This document shows, one piece after another, positions 58,423-64,000 of a stretch of 64,000 nt of DNA (positions are counted from its first letter, which is position 1; every line of letters starts with the position of its first letter). Location of the stretch: contig CAWFOM010000002.1 of the NCBI GenBank assembly GCA_963817385.1, positions 32,001 to 96,000 on the forward strand, read 5' to 3'. A program made the translations under genes and the position numbers. The stretch comes from an uncultured delta proteobacterium (GTDB taxonomy: Bacteria; Desulfobacterota; Syntrophia; Syntrophales; UBA5619). A model generated the notes under the pieces. The model had not been told where the DNA came from. It was given only the letters and a program-made list of their open reading frames with translations, and did no database searches.

Positions 58423-60564
58423 CTATTTTCCACCATTCTGCAAGAAGTGGTCAATTGCACCCGGTTTATCTGCATGACAGCCGATACAGGCTCTTTCAGA
58501 CACACCGGCGGCCTTAAACGCGGTGCTGGTCGAGGTGTGGCAGGTGATGCAGCGTGGTGCTCCTGTTGCCGTCACAAGACCTGTTGTTGCGTCTCTGCCG
58601 GATGGCATACCCTGCGGGTAGGTGATTGCCGTCCAATCGATATCCAGCAGATCGCCTTTCATGGAAGCGGAATGGATGGCATGCACCCGGTTGTCAATGG
58701 GATCCGCATGATTGCCCGACTTATCATGGCAGGAGATACACTCATCCGTGTCAAAGACGACGGAGTGGCGGGCGTTATGGGCTTCCAAGGTTCCGGTGCC
58801 GTGGCAATCCACACAGGCATTGCCGGAAAGTTTTTGCTCCGCCGTGGCCGTGCCGATCTGGATGGTCTTAAATGCGGTTGAATCAATCTTGTAGTCAGTA
58901 TCGGCTTTATAGCCGTAATTCGCGGCGATGAACCGAACCATGTAGGTACCGCTCGTCATGCCGGCAGGGATTGCCGTCAGCTTGTACTTGAAGCCTGTCG
59001 AATCGGTGAGGACCTGGGCATCCGTGGTGGTCACAAACAAGGGTTGGGCCTGGGTCGGAACACCTGCGGCAGAAAGGGTAGCTGCAGACTTGGTCAATAC
59101 CGGTTTGGCATTGGCGCGGGGACCGTAGACATAGAGTGATGCCTTGCTGAGGCTACCAGCGACAAAGGTCCCGGCCGCATGCTTCGCAGCGGTGTACAGT
59201 GTGCCGGGGACAGCCACGCTGGTTGCCTTGTCCTTCAAGGTCACGGTGACCGTCGGGGCTTCGCCGGTTACATAGTGCGTGCCGTTTGCCGGAGCGGTGA
59301 TGGTCATCGTAGCGACGTACTCCGGTACATCCTTGGCGGCGTGTGTGACCGCATGTGCTTCGGTAACGCTCTTACCAAACCCAGTCCCGGTAGCCGGGTG
59401 ACAGACAGTACACGCGGGCGAATCACCGCCGGGGTGGCCTGTAGGGAAGCCTTCGTGGCAGCTGCCGCAGATCTCGGCAGTCGGATTGTTCTTCCAGTTG
59501 TCGATCTTGTCGCCGGCGCCCAGAGTCTTGCCGCTGGCGGTATGACAGACGACGCAGTCATTGATCGGCTGAGGATAGGTGACATCCTTATAGCCGGCGC
59601 CCAGGATCCGGGTCGGGAACTCGGGGACGTCGATTGCGGCATGAATCTCGTGAATGAATTTAGGCAGGTAGACAGCCTTTGCTGCGGTGCCTGACAACGG
59701 GGAGTGGCACATTACGCAAGCCAGGGTATCCCGGTAGCTGCTGCCGTGGGCTGCTCCATTCAATTGCGGGCCGTGACATTTCTGACAGGCCTCGATGGTA
59801 ACATACTGATTTTGGGGGTTTGCAAGTGCCACAGCAGTAGCGCCCGGCGCAGGAACGTTAAAATCAAGGATACCGGCAGCGTTGCCAACGCCTGCTACAG
59901 TGCTGGTTACCCGTATATACAAGCGCTGGGGGTGAGCAGAATTATAGTCAGTGTTAACAGATGGATTAGTTCGTGGATTAGTTGCTGATGGGACTCCTGT
60001 AAGTGATGTAGATTTGACCCCGAAGACTTTCGGGAATGTGAAGCTATAATTGCCGCTACCTAAGTCAGTAAAATTGGGTTGAAAAGATTCATAGGCCCAG
60101 GTCTGAAAGTAGGGGCTACCATACGTGTTCGTTCCGGTGTTGGCGGGGACCTGATCGGCAATATAAAACGCCACATCGCCACCCGCGGTCCCCGTGCCTT
60201 TCGTGATCGCGTATGCGGCCGTACCATTTTTAACAGTGAACGTAACCATTGGTTCACCGGTGGCAGTTGCCGACACGACAATATTCGATACGGTCAGGTT
60301 TTTCTCATTCAACCTTGGTTTGGTGCGCGTATTAGTCGCCGTGTCCAAGGTAAAACCGTGCATTATCTCGACACTCGCCACATCATTCGCGTTGTGGCAG
60401 ACCTTACAGGATTCTTCGGTAAGGGTCACGGGACCTGCCGGGCCTGTTGCGCCAGTGGCGCCTGCGGCACCGTCGCTGCCGCCGCTGCAACCGCTCAGCG
60501 CGAGTGCGGCAACGGCAAGAAATGAGATAATAATGCCAATTTTTTTCCACTGCTTACCTTTCAT
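58423..60564 (-). CDS. OmcA/MtrC-like decaheme outer-surface lipoprotein cytochrome c
   Basis: Lipobox LSGC, Gly-X-Y tether and ten CxxCH motifs (CKVCH, CQKCH, CVMCH, CVVCH, CGSCH, CTVCH, CVDCH, CISCH, CITCH, CIGCH). Confidence 0.9.
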   Translation of the reverse strand: MKGKQWKKIGIIISFLAVAALALSGCSGGSDGAAGATGATGPAGPVTLTEESCKVCHNANDVASVEIMHGFTLDTATNTRTKPRLNEKNLTVSNIVVSATATGEPMVTFTVKNGTAAYAITKGTGTAGGDVAFYIADQVPANTGTNTYGSPYFQTWAYESFQPNFTDLGSGNYSFTFPKVFGVKSTSLTGVPSATNPRTNPSVNTDYNSAHPQRLYIRVTSTVAGVGNAAGILDFNVPAPGATAVALANPQNQYVTIEACQKCHGPQLNGAAHGSSYRDTLACVMCHSPLSGTAAKAVYLPKFIHEIHAAIDVPEFPTRILGAGYKDVTYPQPINDCVVCHTASGKTLGAGDKIDNWKNNPTAEICGSCHEGFPTGHPGGDSPACTVCHPATGTGFGKSVTEAHAVTHAAKDVPEYVATMTITAPANGTHYVTGEAPTVTVTLKDKATSVAVPGTLYTAAKHAAGTFVAGSLSKASLYVYGPRANAKPVLTKSAATLSAAGVPTQAQPLFVTTTDAQVLTDSTGFKYKLTAIPAGMTSGTYMVRFIAANYGYKADTDYKIDSTAFKTIQIGTATAEQKLSGNACVDCHGTGTLEAHNARHSVVFDTDECISCHDKSGNHADPIDNRVHAIHSASMKGDLLDIDWTAITYPQGMPSGRDATTGLVTATGAPRCITCHTSTSTAFKAAGVSERACIGCHADKPGAIDHFLQNGGK

Positions 60565-60710
60565 ATGACACCCTCCTTATTAAGAAAATCACCCCATTTA
60601 ACTGTCTCATCGGTTGCTTCTGAACAACCACCGACACTCCGCGAAGCCCTATCACATTGAGAAAATATTTACAACGACAATTATGCATTTTTTATAAAAA
60701 TTTTATACAC

Positions 60711-60726
60711 AGCGATAAATGTTCCA
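60711..60726 (-). promoter_or_regulatory. sigma54 promoter (proximal copy) for the decaheme cytochrome
   Basis: Minus strand TGGAACATTTATCGCT, GG-N10-GC. Confidence 0.6.
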
Positions 60727-60823
60727 TGACCGTGGATATATTAATGTTTATATAATCAACCCCGAGCGGAAATGGAGTGCCGCACTCTGCAATGATGCAT
60801 TTTGCAAAAAAAAATTTATACAC

Positions 60824-60839
60824 CGCAACAAATGTTCCA
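60824..60839 (-). promoter_or_regulatory. sigma54 promoter (distal copy) for the decaheme cytochrome
   Basis: Minus strand TGGAACATTTGTTGCG, GG-N10-GC. Confidence 0.65.
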
Positions 60840-61158
60840 TAACCACCGAAATATAATGGTTTATATGATCAACACCCAGTAAAAATGGATTGTCGCACCC
60901 TTCAATGGCAAACGATAATATCGCCGATCTTCATACCGCCAATTGCCGAGGCGAGGAGGTGAAAAATCACAGCATATGTTTGGCCGGCTTCTCAAACCGG
61001 CGGAACATAAATACCTTGAAAAAAATATCCACCTGATCTACCCTCCGGCGATTGGAATTGATATTTGCTATTTTTACCCCTCATGACGACGCGAGGGTTC
61101 AGAGGCGCGATCCCGGATAACATAAAACCATTACAGGTTCGATTTGCGGAGAGAAATA

Positions 61159-61623
61159 ATGAGACGAAATAGAATGTTTTTGATGATGATGGCAGGAATG
61201 GTATGCATGCTTCTCGTATCCTGCAGCGACAAGAAAACCGACGGGAAAGCTGACCGGTGGATTCATTATGGAACGTCAACGGATGGTAGCCAAAAGCATT
61301 ACGATAAACAAAGTATTACCACGGTAAGTCCGAAGGTTGTCAAAGTATGGGATAGGACAAAACTATCACCGGACGCAAAAAATAAAGTCATCGAACAGCG
61401 AAAGAAATCCCAATTGCCGACGGACGGCTGGGAAAAATTAGATAACGTTCGACTTCTTCGGGAGATGGACTGTGCTAATCATACGTACAAAATAGTTAAG
61501 GTTGAAGATTATAATGAGAGCGGAAGTATAATATACGAAGCCGACTATCCAAATCCGAAAGGAGAAAATATTCCGCCCGGGACAACGATTGATTCACTTC
61601 TGAAGGAAGTTTGTCCGAAGTAA
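61159..61623 (+). CDS. lipoprotein, surface-adhesin E-like
   Basis: Lipobox LVSC; YDKQSI, VKVW, EMDC and IPPGTTIDSLLKEVC pattern. Confidence 0.7.
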   Translation: MRRNRMFLMMMAGMVCMLLVSCSDKKTDGKADRWIHYGTSTDGSQKHYDKQSITTVSPKVVKVWDRTKLSPDAKNKVIEQRKKSQLPTDGWEKLDNVRLLREMDCANHTYKIVKVEDYNESGSIIYEADYPNPKGENIPPGTTIDSLLKEVCPK

Positions 61624-61649
61624 CCGTTACCGCCTGAACCGACGCCGGA

Positions 61650-62015
61650 TCAGGCGGTCTCCTCGATGATTCTGCGGGCGAGCATTTTTACCTGGAGCAG
61701 GTCGAAGGGCTTGGTGATGAACATATAGGCGTCCTTTTCGATGCTTTCCTGCATGGCGTTGTTAACGACTCCCGCCGTCATAACGATCACTTTAGTTTGG
61801 GGGGATACTTCTTTGATCTTTTTCAACACTTCCACACCGTCCAGATCGGGCAGGCAAAGGTCGAGAAAACAGAGCTGGTAGGCGGAAGAAGCGATCTCCA
61901 GCAGTGCCGAATTTCCCGTTTCTACCGTCTTGATCTCCGTGGATGCGGTTTGCAGTGCTTTGTCGAATCCCTGGAGAAAGAAACTATCATCGTCAACAAC
62001 AAGAATCTTCTTCAT
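61650..62015 (-). CDS. stand-alone response regulator receiver protein
   Basis: ILVVDDD, FLDLCLPDLDG, VMTA, ITKPF. Confidence 0.92.
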   Translation of the reverse strand: MKKILVVDDDSFFLQGFDKALQTASTEIKTVETGNSALLEIASSAYQLCFLDLCLPDLDGVEVLKKIKEVSPQTKVIVMTAGVVNNAMQESIEKDAYMFITKPFDLLQVKMLARRIIEETA

Positions 62016-62148
62016 TACCGCAAATCACCGCCCGATGCTGCATCGCGTTTTCACGCTTGGCTTCAGATGCTCTCAATCCTCATTCCACCAACCCCTTCTC
62101 CGCGACGATAGGGGATAACGATTCCTGCAATACCTGCATTCAAAATAA

Positions 62149-62164
62149 CGCAACTACTATGCCA
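62149..62164 (-). promoter_or_regulatory. sigma54 promoter for the receiver gene
   Basis: Minus strand TGGCATAGTAGTTGCG. Confidence 0.7.
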
Positions 62165-62252
62165 CACCCCGCGAAGAGAACAAATGTCCTTTTCTTCATG
62201 GGGGTTGTGAGTGGGCCGTATCGCCGCAATCACTGCGGCGGATGGAGATGTA

Positions 62253-62287
62253 TGGTGATATCACCAAGCGAGGTGGTGATATCACCA
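62253..62287. promoter_or_regulatory. twin perfect 14-bp palindromes, putative enhancer-binding-protein sites
   Basis: TGGTGATATCACCA at 62253-62266 and 62274-62287 (21-bp period). Confidence 0.75.
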
Positions 62288-62361
62288 GGTGCCTTTCCGT
62301 GCAGCCACGGGTCGCTATTTATAATAGGCCGGTTCCATTGAGTTTTCTTCATGAACGATAA

Positions 62362-62377
62362 TGGCACATTCGTTGCT
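62362..62377 (+). promoter_or_regulatory. sigma54 promoter for the second OmcA/MtrC-like cytochrome
   Basis: TGGCACATTCGTTGCT, matching TGGCAC-N5-TTGCW exactly. Confidence 0.85.
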
Positions 62378-62550
62378 AAATATATTACCGCTTAATGTTT
62401 TTATGAGCTGTAACCGGGTATCGTTCACGGGAAATATCATGAAAAAAGTAACTTCTCGTTATGGGCGAAGACCGATGGGGAAGGCGGAATGCTTGAGGTC
62501 GGATAAAGGAAATGAATGGAATGATTGCTAAACAACAAGGAGGTCCACGC

Positions 62551-64000
62551 ATGAAAAGGTTAGAACTGTTTCGAAAGATGATGATTGCAGTCTTACTGGC
62601 GCTGCTTCTTGCCCTGGCCGGGTGCAGCAGCGGCAGCGACGGTGCCCCGGGTCCTGCGGGTCCTGCGGGCTCTGCGGGCTCTGCAGGGAGTGGAGCGCAA
62701 AACCTGGCAGCTAATACCGTCTACCAGCGAACAAATGTATCCACTCAAGGCGGAGTGCAAGCGAAACATGGAGATGGCTTGGCGGCTGACGTCCTTGCTG
62801 AAGAGGGACCGCTGGCTACGGTCGCGATCACCGGCGCCACTGCCAATGCCGCCGGCGTGGCGACGGTCACCTTCACCGTTAAGAACGCCGCCGGCGCCGC
62901 GGTAACCGGGATTGGCGCCGCCAACAGCGCCAGCTTCTTCATCTCCAGCCTGCAGCCCAAGGGAGGCGGCCTGTCCTATAACAAGTGGATCAACTACATC
63001 TGGCAAGCCAGCGGCGGGGTAAATCAGGCCTACCGCGAACGAAACTCGGCCGCCGGGGGCACCAATCCTTTAGTCGAAGGCCCCGCCGGTACATACACCT
63101 ACACCTTTGCCCAGAACCTGGCCGCGGCCACTTTTCCCGTCGGGGGAGCGGCCATCACGTATGACCGTACCCGGACCCACCGGGTCATGGTGGCCCTGCG
63201 ATTCAGCGGCGCCGGATATCACGGCGGTACTACATTCGACTTCCGGCCGGATGGCGTCGCCATCACCGAGACGCGCAATATCGTCGAGGACGCGACCTGC
63301 CAGAAATGCCACAAAGATACGCCGGGGCACTACGGTCCTTTTAACGGTATAGCGAATGCCTGCGTCTCTTGCCACATCCCGGGCAGCTCATTGGTGAATC
63401 CCGGTGTAGCAGCGGGTAGTGACGGCAAAACCAACACCCTCGAAGCATCGGTCATGCTCCACAAGATCCATGCCGGCAGGGAACTCGCCAGCGCGGCCGG
63501 CCCCGATGGAATCTTCTTTGACGATCCGGCTACCGCCGCGAACGAAGCGGCCGACAACGGCACATACAACCTGGGCGGCCTCGACGCCACCTGGCGATCG
63601 GCCGCCTTCCCGGCGGTTCTTGATAACTGCGTGGTTTGCCACACCGAAGCGGTAGCAGGTACCTTGGCGCAAGTCGACAACTGGAAGACAGTCCCCTCCC
63701 GCGCGGCCTGCGGTTCTTGTCATGACCTGATCGATTGGACAACCGGCGCAAACCACGCCGGAGGTGGGGCAGCTAACGACGACAACTGCGCCGTTTGCCA
63801 TCCCGCCACGGGCACCGGGTTCGGTCAGTCCGTAACCGGAGCCCATAATTTTACCGCCAAAGACATTCGTAATATTCCGGAGTACACCGTCACCGTGACG
63901 ACCGACACCCCCGCGAGAGGCTACTACATCAAAGGGGAAAGCCCGGTGATCACCATGGTGCTCAAGGACGCGGTGACCGGCGTCGCCATCGACCACACGA
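62551..64000 (+). CDS. second OmcA/MtrC-like multiheme lipoprotein cytochrome c, 3'-truncated by window edge
   Basis: Absent from the ORF track because no stop is reached. RBS AAGGAGG; MKRLELF...LAGC lipobox; Gly-X-Y tether; CQKCH, CVSCH, HKIH, CVVCH, CGSCH, CAVCH so far. Confidence 0.92.
   Translation, partial: MKRLELFRKMMIAVLLALLLALAGCSSGSDGAPGPAGPAGSAGSAGSGAQNLAANTVYQRTNVSTQGGVQAKHGDGLAADVLAEEGPLATVAITGATANAAGVATVTFTVKNAAGAAVTGIGAANSASFFISSLQPKGGGLSYNKWINYIWQASGGVNQAYRERNSAAGGTNPLVEGPAGTYTYTFAQNLAAATFPVGGAAITYDRTRTHRVMVALRFSGAGYHGGTTFDFRPDGVAITETRNIVEDATCQKCHKDTPGHYGPFNGIANACVSCHIPGSSLVNPGVAAGSDGKTNTLEASVMLHKIHAGRELASAAGPDGIFFDDPATAANEAADNGTYNLGGLDATWRSAAFPAVLDNCVVCHTEAVAGTLAQVDNWKTVPSRAACGSCHDLIDWTTGANHAGGGAANDDNCAVCHPATGTGFGQSVTGAHNFTAKDIRNIPEYTVTVTTDTPARGYYIKGESPVITMVLKDAVTGVAIDHT

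Larger units (their letters stand above)
60683..60907. repeat. two tandem diverged ~112-bp non-coding repeats
   Basis: Units start ATGCATTTT at 60683 and 60795 and share TTTATACAC, AAATGTTCCAT, GTTTATAT.ATCAAC, AAATGGA.TG.CGCAC and CAATG. Confidence 0.9.

Noticed and set aside
60683..60907. CRISPR array or iterons
   Set aside because: Only two long diverged units with no spacers and no cas or rep genes; better explained as a promoter duplication.
1..64000. Prophage, integrase, transposase, tRNA or rRNA genes
   Set aside because: No such motifs were recognised on either strand; a covariance-model scan would be needed to exclude small RNAs fully.

Overview
GC-rich bacterial chromosomal window, most consistent with an anaerobic Deltaproteobacterium (Desulfobacterota, Syntrophales-like); this is inferred from gene content only. 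In order: a GNAT gene end; a tandem diguanylate cyclase / HD-GYP pair; a tolC-macA-macB-type export operon; an envelope cluster (Yip1, Gln-rich secreted protein, OmpA); a cold-shock gene; flavin oxidoreductases; an AmrB-AmrA (MEMO1-AMMECR1) fusion; a DSD1-type PLP enzyme; an AT-rich C39-like peptidase gene; a TPP-riboswitch thiG-thiH-thiS-thiE operon; larE-larB-larC; an AT-rich PilZ / FlhG-like / HD-GYP block; MoxR-VWA-nikR-nikMQO; a peptidoglycan-related cluster (DUF1460, GNAT-DUF4922, GT2, L,D-transpeptidase, MltB); tctCBA-amidohydrolase-Ldh_2; clpS-clpA-aat; cysteine desulfurase-YedF-DUF3343; PaaI; ferritin; and a multiheme cytochrome locus (c7-type triheme, heme-motif HAMP sensor lacking an output domain, two divergent OmcA/MtrC-like lipoproteins, the second running off the window). 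Non-coding signals read directly from the sequence include five sigma54-type promoters, sigma28-type boxes, two NikR-type operators, a tandemly duplicated ~112-bp promoter unit, twin perfect 14-bp palindromes and two REP/MITE-like palindromes. About ten otherwise full-length genes between ~16 and 54 kb carry single-base frameshifts that look like assembly errors. No rRNA, tRNA, CRISPR array, integrase or transposase was seen. The best candidates for undescribed biology are the sigma54-wired surface cytochrome locus and the DUF1460/DUF4922/GT2 cluster. All family calls are by motif recognition; no database search was run.
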